62,929 nt of DNA, filler included, from Octopus bimaculoides (GCF_001194135.2; 4 parts of 3 records of this genome joined end to end with filler, not necessarily neighbours in it), one strand, 5' to 3'. Positions 49,413 to 62,460 are shown, numbered from the whole stretch's first letter. Translations and numbers: made by a program. Notes: a model not told the origin generated them from the letters alone.

Positions 49413-50166
49413 AAAAGATAAAAAGGAATCGCTATATTTTTTTTCTCTAACAAAGCTTCCTTCGATCTGTAACCCTTATACATTCTATATCTAACCTTCC
49501 TGTAAATTTTTTTTTTCTTACAAACATCCTTAACTTGCAGAAAATAAAACTGAATCCTAGCAACATCAAGTTCAATTTCTAGTTAACTAAACGTTAAGTA
49601 CATCATAGACTGACGTGGGGGGGGGGGGGCAAGGGTAATTGGTCTTTATTCCTCTTCTCAATAATATATAAAACACAGACATGTACTTAGAAACATTGAC
49701 ACAGACTTAATCGCATTCTAACCAACAAGTTATAATACACAATGGAAAAGCTGTTCTGCAGTTAAAACGGATTTTTCAATCATACGCTGCAATTCTTTAC
49801 GTTAAATTAATCCCGGTCTCAATCTATTTGATTAAAACTGATTACTTTTAACTAATTCACTAATTTTGTATTATTTCTATAAATCATATGTGTATGTATG
49901 TATGTATGTATGTATGTATGTATGTATGTACGTGTGTCTGTGTGTGTGATTATATCTATGTATATATGGTTGTCAGTATGCATGTATATATATAAATACA
50001 TTGTTGCATGTACGTATGTATGTATGCATGTATATATGTGAATATATGTACATTTGTATTTACGTACGTATGTAATTGTGTATATATGATTTACAGAAAT
50101 AAATATAAGTAAATAGGAAGTAATCAGTTTTAATTAAATACACTGAAATTGAAATAGCAATATGTG

Positions 50167-50226
<60 letters not shown>

Positions 50227-50817
50227 NNNNNNNNNNNNNNNNNNNNNNNNNNNNNNNNNNNNNNNNNNNNNNNNNNNNNNNNNNNNNNNNNNNNNNNNNN
50301 NNNNNNNNNNNNNNNNNNNNNNNNNNNNNNNNNNNNNNNNNNNNNNNNNNNNNNNNNNNNNNNNNNNNNNNNNNNNNNNNNNNNNNNNNNNNNNNNNNNN
50401 NNNNNNNNNNNNNNNNNNNNNNNNNNNNNNNNNNNNNNNNNNNNNNNNNNNNNNNNNNNNNNNNNNNNNNNNNNNNNNNNNNNNNNNNNNNNNNNNNNNN
50501 NNNNNNNNNNNNNNNNNNNNNNNNNNNNNNNNNNNNNNNNNNNNNNNNNNNNNNNNNNNNNNNNNNNNNNNNNNNNNNNNNNNNNNNNNNNNNNNNNNNN
50601 NNNNNNNNNNNNNNNNNNNNNNNNNNNNNNNNNNNNNNNNNNNNNNNNNNNNNNNNNNNNNNNNNNNNNNNNNNNNNNNNNNNNNNNNNNNNNNNNNNNN
50701 NNNNNNNNNNNNNNNNNNNNNNNNNNNNNNNNNNNNNNNNNNNNNNNNNNNNNNNNATATATATATATATATATATATAGATGTATGTATGTATGTATGT
50801 ATGTATGTATGTATAGA

Positions 50818-50818
50818 C

Positions 50819-50891
<73 letters not shown>
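50818..50891 (+). repeat. (GATA)n microsatellite
   Basis: Visible directly in the sequence. Confidence 0.95.
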
Positions 50892-50892
<1 letters not shown>

Positions 50893-52345
50893 TGTAAACT
50901 GTAGGACAAAAGATTACTCAATGCGAAATAGAGATTAATAATGTATTTATTTCGATTCAGTCACTCTTTTGCTATTCTGGGTTTCACCTGTGAGAATATA
51001 GGTCCTTCACGCAAGTTATGACAGGGTCTTAAGACATAAATTGCCTCAAGATCCTACGCACGTACAGGTGAAACACAGAGTAGCGAGTGAGTGATTCGAC
51101 TAAAATAAAGTATATATGTGTGACTGTTCCTGTGTGTGAGTGTGTGAGATTCTGTGGAAAAAACAACGAATGCCACGCTCCGATTAATTCCACTTCATCC
51201 CCTGTGACTATTGCCAGAACTTTCAGGAATTGTGGTACAGATTATACAGTGAATGCAAAAAGGTAACGTATTGAGAATGCAACTCTGTACTGTATACAAT
51301 AAACCATTGAGTACCGGGTTATGCTGTGTGATCCTTAACAAGTCGAAGCTTTTGATATCAAGGTTTGAATATTGAGCATTAAATATAAGAATCGCACAAA
51401 TTCATCCACAGTGTGCCTGAGTGTTACAGGGTACGCTTGATCATGGGTTATATGAGATTATACAATATCAACAACAATAACAGCCACAAACAAGCCAATG
51501 CTATAAATAGCAGCCATTTCTCCCGCAAATCTCACACCACCATCTTAGAAAATATATCAATTGGATATGGTCCTGAGCCCCCTGAAAATAGGGGAAACAA
51601 ACGGGATGTTCACGGTTGGAATAGCTTTGATCAGAGATCTTCTTGGCAGGGATGATCCGAAGCTAAATAATAACAACAAAAGCAAAAGCAACAACGGCAA
51701 ATAAAAAAATCGTTGCAAGAACAGCAAACTAACTCGGCCCAAAGTGAGAATCTCTATGCAGTCACTCGAGCTGCTAAAATTAACAACCAAATCATTCTTA
51801 AATCATATCCTATCTTAAAGGTACGGTGTATCTCAAAATGTTAATATGCCATTGTACAACGTAGATCCAGATATACAAAAAAGAAAGAAAGATACGAAAG
51901 CCATGGAGAAAAAGATCGAGATTGACCATATATCTCTACATATTTACAGGCCTGGGCAAGATGTTTTTGGGAAGGCAGACGGTTGTCCATACATGCAAGT
52001 CGCCCATACCGACGTCACTGCCGATTTGGGCCAATAGAGCTTGACACTGCAGCGTTACCACAAGAGTTGCTGTCAGAGTTCAAAGAGCTGGAGTATTTCA
52101 CATGAAATTCCAACAATCCCAACACTCTACCGCTCTGGATTGAAAGATTTAATGACATGGGAGACGCTAGATACAACAGAAGTCAAGGAAATATGTGTGT
52201 TGTATAGAATAAGGTTATATGTAACTTACATAGTCAGAAGAGCAGTCGGTATTGTTATAACATTTAAACAAGTATAACGAAAGAACACAAATGGTTTCTG
52301 AACCAATGACTGTATTTTTTGTGGCTATTTATAACGGTCAAGTAA

Positions 52346-52560
52346 GTGCGATATGGCTGAATGGATAAGACGCTTGTTTTGCATCCATGAGGTCTCGAGT
52401 TCGCTCCCAATTTGTATCAACTTGGGCTGTTACACTTTTTTGCGTTCGCTGCGCAGTCTATAGATTAATTTCTGAAAGTTCTGGTGACGGTCACAGTGAG
52501 CGATGTGGCCTTGGTCGGAGCGCGACATTTGCTGCTGTTCTACATTTATTTCTAGTCGCA
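52346..52560 (+). mobile_element. tRNA-derived SINE-like element (Ala(TGC)-like head)
   Basis: A box TGGCTGAATGG, TTTGCAT loop, B box GAGTTCGCTCCC. Confidence 0.55.
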
Positions 52561-52631
52561 TGTTCCTTATAAACAGTATTTCAGCAAAGGATTAGTACCC
52601 TGCTTTTTTTAATATTTTATTATTATTATTA

Positions 52632-52662
<31 letters not shown>

Positions 52663-52696
52663 CGTCATTATTATTATTATTATCATTATTATTATT

Positions 52697-52916
52697 GTTC
52701 AGTAGTTTTATTTTTATAACGTGCTTTCACTTCACTACCGAGCGCAGCTCTGTGCGCCTTGGGTATGTGCAGTGGTTTGCTGTGGTGCTCTTATGTTTAC
52801 TGTATTGAAAGTGTTTTGCGTAGGATGTGTGCAGTACCCAGTAGTGCAATTTTCTGTATGTTATATATATTTGTAAGTCCTGGTGTTTTTGTTATGTATT
52901 TGTCTGAATATTTTTT
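52697..52916 (-). mobile_element. R4/Dong-like 3' terminal fragment inside (ATT)n
   Basis: Minus frame IQKIALLGTAHILRKTLSIQ* followed by a short 3' UTR; (ATT)n on both sides. Confidence 0.8.
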
Positions 52917-52930
52917 TATTATTATTATTA

Positions 52931-52986
<56 letters not shown>

Positions 52987-53710
52987 TGATCGGCCCCAAA
53001 AGATTACCTCGGCGGGATTTGAAATCAGAGTGCAGAGAACCACACCAAATACCTCGACTCATTCTATCCACTTCGCAAACGCTGAGACGGCGATGGCCGT
53101 ATGTGAAACGCTTGATCATAAGTCTGCTTAGCCGGGACTGATGGGACTTAATGAAACAACACAAAAAGCAACAACAAAAACATCATCATCAACAACAACT
53201 AAAAGAGTAACATCTCAGCCGTTTATTCGGAAACGCCCGTTCAGCAATCATAAACCCATAAGTAGATTCCCCATCCACGCACCATTTCCCGCGACAATAC
53301 GCATTTGATAATATGTCACGTGTTGTAGCGAGACTAAGGAGCAATCGTCTTATCAAATTTGTAAACGAGAAAAGGGGCGAATGTTTGATTGGACGTTTAT
53401 ATATTTTGCCACCTTTATCTTTTGGGGGAACGGTTTTTTAGTGGTTTGTCATCTTTTGTAGATATCAATCTACAATTGTCCCTCGGTTTACACGGTGGGT
53501 TAGTTCTGCAAGTCACAGTGCAAATCGAAATCATTTAAACTGAAGGGAAACACATTTTGGATATTTTTGCATAAATAGATTTAAACAATCATTGAAATGG
53601 AGATAAAATACCACACAGACACACGCACAAACATACACGCACACGTACACGCACACGCACACGCACACACACATACACACACACATGTGTGTGTGTGTGT
53701 GTGTGAATTA

Positions 53711-53881
53711 AGGCTACCATTGGTTTCATATTAAAAAAAGTAGGAAAATATCCTAGTGTCTTCAAGCCAATCACATATAGAAAAATGAAGCGAACAATTT
53801 TCTCCATGTGATTGGCTTGAGAAATTGTTAAAACACTAGGGTATTTTCCTACTTTTCTTAATATGAAACCAATGGTAGCCT
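53711..53881. mobile_element. MITE with long TIRs and a probable TA TSD
   Basis: AGGCTACCATTGGTTTCATATTAA..AGTAGGAAAATA.CCTAGTGT with its inverted copy, plus an inner IR caagccaatcacat. Confidence 0.85.
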
Positions 53882-54401
53882 TATATCCACCAATCCAGTG
53901 TGGAGCACTTATTTTCATCGTTCGACATTTACGATTATATATATATATACATACATATATATATATATATATANNNNNNNNNNNNNNNNNNNNNNNNNNN
54001 NNNNNNNNNNNNNNNNNNNNNNNNNNNNNNNNNNNNNNNNNNNNNNNNNNNNNNNNNNNNNNNNNNNNNNNNNNNNNNNNNNNNNNNNNNNNNNNNNNNN
54101 NNNNNNNNNNNNNNNNNNNNNNNNNNNNNNNNNNNNNNNNNNNNNNNNNNNNNNNNNNNNNNNNNNNNNNNNNNNNNNNNNNNNNNNNNNNNNNNNNNNN
54201 NNNNNNNNNNNNNNNNNNNNNNNNNNNNNNNNNNNNNNNNNNNNNNNNNNNNNNNNNNNNNNNNNNNNNNNNNNNNNNNNNNNNNNNNNNNNNNNNNNNN
54301 NNNNNNNNNNNNNNNNNNNNNNNNNNNNNNNNNNNNNNNNNNNNNNNNNNNNNNNNNNNNNNNNNNNNNNNNNNNNNNNNNNNNNNNNNNNNNNNNNNNN
54401 N

Positions 54402-54672
54402 AATTCAAAATGTAAAGACAAACGAATTACCGCTAAGCATTTTGCCTGGCGTGCTAACGATCCTTTTCTACTTTTCTGTTCAAGCCCTGAATTTTGGGGT
54501 GAGAAGGCCAGTCGATTAGATCGACCCCAATACGCAACTGGCGCTTGATTTATCGACCCCGAAAGGACGAAAGGCAAAGTCAACCTCGGCGGAATTTGAA
54601 CTTAGAACGTAAAGACAGACGAAATGTCGGTAAGCATTTCGCCCGGCGTGTTAACGATTCTGCCAGCTCACT
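54402..54672 (+). mobile_element. Family B repeat, two tandem partial copies
   Basis: Tail fragment 54402-54470 followed by a longer copy 54475-54672. Confidence 0.78.
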
Positions 54673-54717
54673 GAAATTTCACTGCAATACAAAGCACAGG
54701 ACCTCCTNNNNNNNNNN

Positions 54718-54788
<71 letters not shown>

Positions 54789-55075
54789 TGTTTTCTTTAT
54801 TAACCCCTAAAGAGTTCACAAAAACGTTGGGGACAGCACAGGACAGTTATAATGTAGGTTTTCATAGTAAATAGTAAATATAATAGAACAATAGTAAATA
54901 TAATTCTAACAACTAAAATTTTCCCCAAATGAGGGAATCTTCCCAGAGCTGCTCGTGAAAACCCTCCAAAACTATAATGGGTCTTATCACTAGGGCAAGA
55001 GCTCTGTCCTCATAGTCTTCCTTCAGTGCTTAGAATAGGCCCATTCACTCAGATCTTGCTTGTCACACTCACCCA

Positions 55076-55400
55076 GCTTTCTGGACGGTCTCCTTGTTTA
55101 AGTTGGTCAATGTTGCCATAATCCTTGCCTTCAGTTCATCTTTGGTGTTACGAGATTAGTTGGTTTCTCGCTCAACTGCGCCCTACACATAATAATCAAG
55201 GGGGTTACAGTCAGTCTGGGGAGTTAAGTGGTCAGATGTTAGGGGTGATGTGGTCACAGAAATTGTCTGACAGCCATGACGTGGTCCTGCTGCTTGTGTG
55301 ACATGGTGCAGCAGCTACCCTCTTGACCCGGGGCAGCAATACCTCACCCAAGCACTTGATATAGGCCTTTGTGTTGTGTCTGAGGTCGTGTGGGAAGATA
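55076..55400 (-). mobile_element. Tc1/mariner DD37D (maT-like) transposase remnant
   Basis: FIFPH.LR.NT.AYIKCL.EVLLP...APCHTS.RT.SWLSDNFCDHITPNI*P.NSPDCNPLDYYVWGAVERETN...TKDELKARIMA. The QQDSA catalytic segment is deleted. Confidence 0.88.
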
Positions 55401-57244
55401 AATATATATATNNNNNNNNNNNNNNNNNNNNNNNNNNNNNNNNNNNNNNNNNNNNNNNNNNNNNNNNNNNNNNNNNNNNNNNNNNNNNNNNNNNNNNNNN
55501 NNNNNNNNNNNNNNNNNNNNNNNNNNNNNNNNNNNNNNNNNNNNNNNNNNNNNNNNNNNNNNNNNNNNNNNNNNNNNNNNNNNNNNNNNNNNNNNNNNNN
55601 NNNNNNNNNNNNNNNNNNNNNNNNNNNNNNNNNNNNNNNNNNNNNNNNNNNNNNNNNNNNNNNNNNNNNNNNNNNNNNNNNNNNNNNNNNNNNNNNNNNN
55701 NNNNNNNNNNNNNNNNNNNNNNNNNNNNNNNNNNNNNNNNNNNNNNNNNNNNNNNNNNNNNNNNNNNNNNNNNNNNNNNNNNNNNNNNNNNNNNNNNNNN
55801 NNNNNNNNNNNNNNNNNNNNNNNNNNNNNNNNNNNNNNNNNNNNNNNNNNNNNNNNNNNNNNNNNNNNNNNNNNNNNNNNNNNNNNNNNNNNNNNNNNNN
55901 NNNNNNNNNNNNNNNNNNNNNNNNNNNNNNNNNNNNNNNNNNNNNNNNNNNNNNNNNNNNNNNNNNNNNNNNNNNNNNNNNNNNNNNNNNNNNNNNNNNN
56001 NNNNNNNNNNNNNNNNNNNNNNNNNNNNNNNNNNNNNNNNNNNNNNNNNNNNNNNNNNNNNNNNNNNNNNNNNNNNNNNNNNNNNNNNNNNNNNNNNNNN
56101 NNNNNNNNNNNNNNNNNNNNNNNNNNNNNNNNNNNNNNNNNNNNNNNNNNNNNNNNNNNNNNNNNNNNNNNNNNNNNNNNNNNNNNNNNNATATGGAGTT
56201 CTCGTTAGCGTTCTCGTTACCGTTGAGTCGGAGGCGACTCACATAGACTCAGCACTTAATAAATCAATGTTATTCCACTTTATTTAGTAGTATTGAATAC
56301 TTTTCTCGCTTATATGCAATTTTACGCCCGTGAAACCATAACCATGCGTGTGTATGTATTTGTTCTGTGTGTATGTGTTTGTTCTGTGTGTATGTGTTTG
56401 TTCTGTGTGTATGTGTTTGTTCGGGGGTAGGGTTCATTCGCTAGTGTGTATACGTATTTATCTTATTTCGGAGAATAAAATATAATGAATAAATTATTTT
56501 ATTTGTTTATTTATGCAGTAATTACAGACCTCTCTATATCTAGTATTTTATTATTTTTATGAGTGTGCTTGTATGTTTTTGTATGTATGTCTGTATATGT
56601 AAGTCGTTGTGCGTGCCTGTAGGAGTATATGAAGATTGTGAGTAAGCGCAAAGATATATATGTACGTTGTGCGTGTGAATGTATGAATGCATACGTCTGA
56701 AGCCACTTGTACGTCTCACAGATACTCTGTGTACGTACACACATAGGTTTGACTATTTGTGCTCGCGTGATGCTAATGTTAAGTATATCTGAATGTAAAA
56801 GCACATATATGAGAGTATATATGAGAGTGAAAGGGAATGCGAGAATTTGAGGGGCGGGAGGAGAGAAGGAGAGAGACAGACAGACGTACGGAGACGGAGG
56901 GAGACAGACAGAGAGATTGATGAAATCAAGGGGACATCTATCGAGACACGTGTCTGACAATCATACTAGATTTCGTGGGAAAGTGCTCTCTCTACAGCGT
57001 GTGACAGATTTACATATTTCTTACTTCTTAATGTTTTCAGTACGTCGTGTTAACTGGTGAGAAACACTGGCTTAAACATGGCGGACAAAAGAACCACTTA
57101 AAGACGGTTATGTGTTTTATTATTGTTGTTGTAGTTGTTGATGTTGCATGCGTGTGCGAATGCGAATATACGCTTGAGAGAATACAGATATATATGTGTA
57201 CACAAATTATTGTGTGCGTAATTACATACACACATATACATACA

Positions 57245-57280
<36 letters not shown>

Positions 57281-57486
57281 TATATATATNNNNNNNNNNN
57301 NNNNNNNNNNNNNNNNNNNNNNNNNNNNNNNNNTTAATTAATTAANNNNNNNNNNNNNNNNNNNNNNNNNNNNNNNNNNNNNNNNNNNNATATAGTGAGA
57401 ATTTACAAAAAAAAAACCCAGAAGACGAAGACGGGTGCGTAAACAACAAACAGATATATTAGTTTAACGCTCAGGAAAGTGAGAAA

Positions 57487-57527
57487 GTCTTTTACGTTTC
57501 GAGCCTACGCTCTTCGGCAGAAAGGAA
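57487..57527 (-). ncRNA. Minimal hammerhead-like motif with mutated core, same family as 37595-37635
   Basis: Minus strand: UUCCUUU CUGCCGAA GAGC GUAG GCUC GAAACGUA AAAGAC, with a perfect stem II. Confidence 0.48.
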
Positions 57528-57819
57528 CACAGAAATAAACAGGGAGATAAAATAGAAAAAGGTTTATTGGCTAGCGATCTATCATGGCGAATACATATAT
57601 ATATACATACATATATATAAATGTATATATGTGTGTATATATATATTCATGCATATATGTCCCATACATTGTTACGTATGTGTTGTATACGGGCAAATGT
57701 ATGTGTGTGTGAGGGGGCGTGTGCGTGCGGTGTATAAAAGTTTGTAAGTAAAATTTACTTTTTGTAAAAAATAAAAAAAAGATATTTGAAGATAAAACTG
57801 TCTTTCTTGTTATTATTGT

Positions 57820-57859
<40 letters not shown>

Positions 57860-58502
57860 AGTAAATACCACATGCTTTACCTTCTTTATTCGGAATTCGC
57901 TAATCCGGCGGATTCGATGATTGGAAATGGAAATGTGATTCTGGTGATCATTAGTCTGGATGACTAGCGCTTGGCAACCTGCAGCGCCACCTGAAGCAAC
58001 ACATGCNNNNNNNNNNNNNNNNNNNNNNNNNNNNNNNNNNNNNNNNNNNNNNNNNNNNNNNNNNNNNNNNNNNNNNNNNNNNNNNNNNNNNNNNNNNNNN
58101 NNNNNNNNNNNNNNNNNNNNNNNNNNNNNNNNNNNNNNNNNNNNNNNNNNNNNNNNNNNNNNNNNNNNNNNNNNNNNNNNNNNNNNNNNNNNNNNNNNNN
58201 NNNNNNNNNNNNNNNNNNNNNNNNNNNNNNNNNNNNNNNNNNNNNNNNNNNNNNNNNNNNNNNNNNNNNNNNNNNNNNNNNNNNNNNNNNNNNNNNNNNN
58301 NNNNNNNNNNNNNNNNNNNNNNNNNNNNNNNNNNNNNNNNNNNNNNNNNNNNNNNNNNNNNNNNNNNNNNNNNNNNNNNNNNNNNNNNNNNNNNNNNNNN
58401 NNNNNNNNNNNNNNNNNNNNNNNNNNNNNNNNNNNNNNNNNNNNNNNNNNNNNNNNNNNNNNNNNNNNNNNNNNNNNNNNNNNNNNNNCACACGTATGTA
58501 TG

Positions 58503-58896
58503 TTTACTCTTTTACGTGTTTCAGTCATTTGACTGTGGCCATGTTGGAGCACTGCCTTTAGTCGAGCTAATCGACCCCAAGACTTATTCTTTATAAGCCT
58601 AGTACTTATTCTATCGGTCTCTTTTGCCGAACCGCTAAGTTACGGGAACGCAAACACACCACCATCGGTTTTCAAGGGATGTTGGGGAAACAAACACAGA
58701 CACACAAACATATACACACACATACGCATATATATATATACATATATAAGACGGGCTTCTTTCAGTTTCCGTCTACCAAATCCACTCATAAGGCTTTGGT
58801 TGGCCCGAGGCTGTAGCAGAAGACACTTGCCCAATGTGCTACGCAGTGAGACTGAACCCGGAACCATGTGGTTAGTAAGAAAGCTACCTACCACAC
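58503..58896 (-). mobile_element. SINE family A, near full-length
   Basis: Colinear with 14815-15203. Confidence 0.88.
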
Positions 58897-59237
58897 GTAA
58901 CAATTGTAGGTGAATATGTTGACTAATTAATAAATTAATTTGTATCCATGAGATCTCTCTGTTTTCTAACTCGATAATATATTTATTTGTGCTCCAGCAT
59001 GGCACCCAACCTTTGGATGAAACCATTAAAAGAAGAACGATTAAAGATATTTGTGTGTATGTGTTCATGCTAATGTATGCGAGGAGACAAACATGCATTT
59101 TGTTTCTTTATTGCATTTCCCGTTACGTGCATGTGTAAGTCAATACATCTTAGTACTCGAGTTTATGAGTGGACGACGAAAAAAGCTCTTTAAAGGATTT
59201 ATGTTCGTTCGTGTTTTCCTGTTTGTCTGTGTGTATA

Positions 59238-59305
<68 letters not shown>

Positions 59306-59562
59306 TAGGGAGATAATGTGGATAGATGCAGAGACTCGGTGTCGAGTTTCTTCCGCCCGCAACACAATAACATCGCACGCAGAAGTACCATCGCATGTGG
59401 TTCAGTACAGCGAGGTCATCAGATAAGCAGAGGCATGAGATATCTGCAACTATAGAACGGCGAATCAAGCCTGTCTCTTCCATTGAAGACTTGTGTACAC
59501 TATGTCTCCTCAGATCTGGCGTTACCCAACATGAAAAAATAATACTAATAAATCATTGTATG

Positions 59563-59593
<31 letters not shown>

Positions 59594-59697
59594 GTATGTA
59601 TGTATGTATGTATGCGTATGTGCAGATTTGTATGTATTGTTTTATGTACGTATTCTCATACATATAGTTGCATATCTAGACATGCTCATATATATTT

Positions 59698-60575
59698 TAA
59701 TGACAAACTTCTGGAAAGTTTTACAGATTTTTTACAGTTCCAATGATGGATGGGATCTGTAGTCTTCGAATTAGCTTTCTCTTTTCTGGTTTTGAGAAGC
59801 TTAATTTCTCAAGATTGGTATTTAGAAAGTGTGTTACATATCCCAGAGCCCCAAATAATGACAGGTATTAACCTGAACTTGTAATCTGGATAGAGTAACT
59901 GCAGATTTCTCAATAGTTCAACGTAGGTGTTCTCTTTTTTAATGATCTTCAGCTTTATGTGAACATCAGCTGAGCGGGCTAATTTCCACAACTGTACATA
60001 GTTTCTATTCTCCATCCCAAATCATTATATCAGGTCCATTGTGCTTACATTTTATTGAGGTCTTCACTGGGACATTCCACCAGTACTCTTTTTTATTATG
60101 AATTACTCTGGCTTCTACCATACTGTGGGTTCTTATTTCTTTGTCCTCGGGGTTATCCTTCCGACAGATTTCATTATAGAGTGTCCTAGTTACAGCATCA
60201 TGTCTCATCGGCAAATGTACTGTGATGACATTTTCGGACAACTGCTTATGATGTGGCTGATATCTTCAACATGAACTCCACAAAGTCTGCATCGGTTGTC
60301 ACATTTTACAGCATGTCCTGTACCTCTCCCTTTTGTGCATCAGGTACTTGATCGATACTTTCTCTTCCTGGATTGCAAACGCATACCCCTCAAAGTGGGA
60401 GGTAGTAATCCGGCTATTGGTCGATGTTACTATCACTTCGGAGCTTTCCGCTAACATATCCATGCATAATCCCCTGCTCATATAGGTTCATCCTTTCATC
60501 TGATGATACGTTGCGGTCGAGTTGTACGACTTTGGGTATGTATTCTAGGTTACCAGACAAAGAATATTGTTCAAG
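59698..60575 (-). mobile_element. Degenerate RLE-type (R4/Dong-related) non-LTR retrotransposon: CCHC knuckle and restriction-like endonuclease
   Basis: DNRCRLCGVHVEDISHIISSC; RHDAV..LYNEI; HN.PDIMIWD..KLCTVVEIS..ADVHIKLKI..KENTY..LLRNLQLLYPDYKFRLIPVII. Contains frameshifts and stops. Confidence 0.85.
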
Positions 60576-60657
60576 GAGTGGGCGACGAACAGAGCACTTT
60601 ATAGGATTTATGTTCGTTCGTGTTTTCCTGTTTGTCTGTGTGTATATGATAATGTGT

Positions 60658-60726
<69 letters not shown>

Positions 60727-61200
60727 NNNNNNNNNNNNNNNNNNNNNNNNNNNNNNNNNNNNNNNNNNNNNNNNNNNNNNNNNNNNNNNNNNNNNNNNNN
60801 NNNNNNNNNNNNNNNNNNNNNNNNNNNNNNNNNNNNNNNNNNNNNNNNNNNNNNNNNNNNNNNNNNNNNNNNNNNNNNNNNNNNNNNNNNNNNNNNNNNN
60901 NNNNNNNNNNNNNNNNNNNNNNNNNNNNNNNNNNNNNNNNNNNNNNNNNNNNNNNNNNNNNNNNNNNNNNNNNNNNNNNNNNNNNNNNNNNNNNNNNNNN
61001 NNNNNNNNNNNNNNNNNNNNNNNNNNNNNNNNNNNNNNNNNNNNNNNNNNNNNNNNNNNNNNNNNNNNNNNNNNNNNNNNNNNNNNNNNNNNNNNNATCG
61101 ATGTTAAGAGTCTACTTTCTTGTTTTCGTTTTATGCAGAAAAGATAGAGATAATAATAATAATAAGAAGAAGAAGAAATATAATAAAAGACATAGTATAG

Positions 61201-61500
61201 TGAAGGCACATGACTCAGTGGTTAGAGGTTCGGGCTCACAATAATGAGGTAGTGAGTTCGATTCCTAGACCGGGCTGTGCGTTGTACTCTTGAGCAAGAC
61301 GCTTTATATCACGTCGCTCCTGTTCAAGACACTTTATTTCACGTTGCTCCAAGCTGTACCGGCCCCTTTACCTTTCCCTTGGATAACATCGGTGGCATGG
61401 AGAGGGGAGGCTGGTATGCATGGGCGACTGCTGGTCTTCCATAAACAACCTTTCCAGGACTTGTGCCTCGGAGGGGAACTTTCTAGGTGCAATCCCATGG
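61201..61500 (+). mobile_element. SINE family E
   Basis: tRNA-like head (TGACTCAGTGG; GTTCGATTCC) and a CORE-like segment with a local duplication. Confidence 0.8.
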
Positions 61501-61849
61501 GGAATAAAAGAAGGATTTGTTGAGGAGTGAAAAGGAACAGAAGTAACGTTTTAAGCTCTAGGATCCTTCGATTACTATTCATTCAGAGAATTGTGCCTCC
61601 CCCATATTCCATTTACTGGTCTGAGATAGTTTTCATCACAATAATTAATACACAACAACGCTGAGATAACTTGAAGAATAAAAAAATAATGTTTATGGAG
61701 CATTAATTAAAACGGCTGTAAGTGAAGATGGCCAATTTGCTGTCGTTAATAATAAACAATTATTAACTTCCTAATCTCTGTTTTCTTTTTATTCTTTTAA
61801 ATGAACATACACTATAAGTTTTTATATATACCTGACCCGTAAATGCAGT

Positions 61850-62290
61850 ATGCGATTTCTACCAACACTATGGAAGGAGAAAACCTGTTGGTTGTTGATA
61901 AGTTAAATGTACCTCGGCAGCACACTCTCCACGTCTGAGAAATTAGACGATGCAGTCGGCATGCACATCACCAAGGGAAGCTCTGTTAACAATCACCTGG
62001 CAAGACTATGTTCCAGACACAGAGGTCCCCTCACGAACTGATCTGTCAAGCTAAGAATAGCACAAATCTGTTGGGCGGGTTACTTTGTTTGAACGCCTGA
62101 CAAACGACTCTCCAAGAGACCGTGTTGCAGCGAACGTGCGGAAGGCAAGCGCACGCCAGGAGGACAGAAAAAGTGCTTCAGCTACACAGCCAAAGCCTCA
62201 CTGAAGAACTTTGAGATCAACCCCGACGCCCGGGAAACGCAGGCACAGGACCGTCCTGCCTGGCAAAGCTTATGAAGACTGCTTAAAAGG
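61850..62290 (+). mobile_element. RTE (BovB-like) LINE 3' fragment
   Basis: EGENLLVVDK..YLGSTLS; ITWQDYVPDTEV; EGKRTPGGQKKCF...KASLKNFEI.P..RETQAQDRPAW. Confidence 0.82.
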
Positions 62291-62325
62291 TTAGGGTTTT
62301 CGAACAACTATGTAGAGAAGTAGAT

Positions 62326-62460
62326 GGAGGTGTGGCTGTGTGGTTAAGAATCTTGTTTTAGGTTCAGTCTCTCTGTTCAGCGTCTGGAACAAGTATCTCT
62401 TACTAGAGCCAAAATATTATAAGTAGACTTGGTAGACGGAAACTAAAAGAATCTCGTTGT
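62326..62460 (+). mobile_element. SINE family A head fragment
   Basis: ggaggtgtggctgtgtggttaagaa...ggtagacggaaactaaaagaa. Confidence 0.7.

Noticed and set aside
11147-61275. tRNA-like sequences at 11147, 20965, 52346 and 61201 as tRNA genes
   Set aside because: Acceptor stems are broken and each continues into a repeat body, so they are SINE-type heads.
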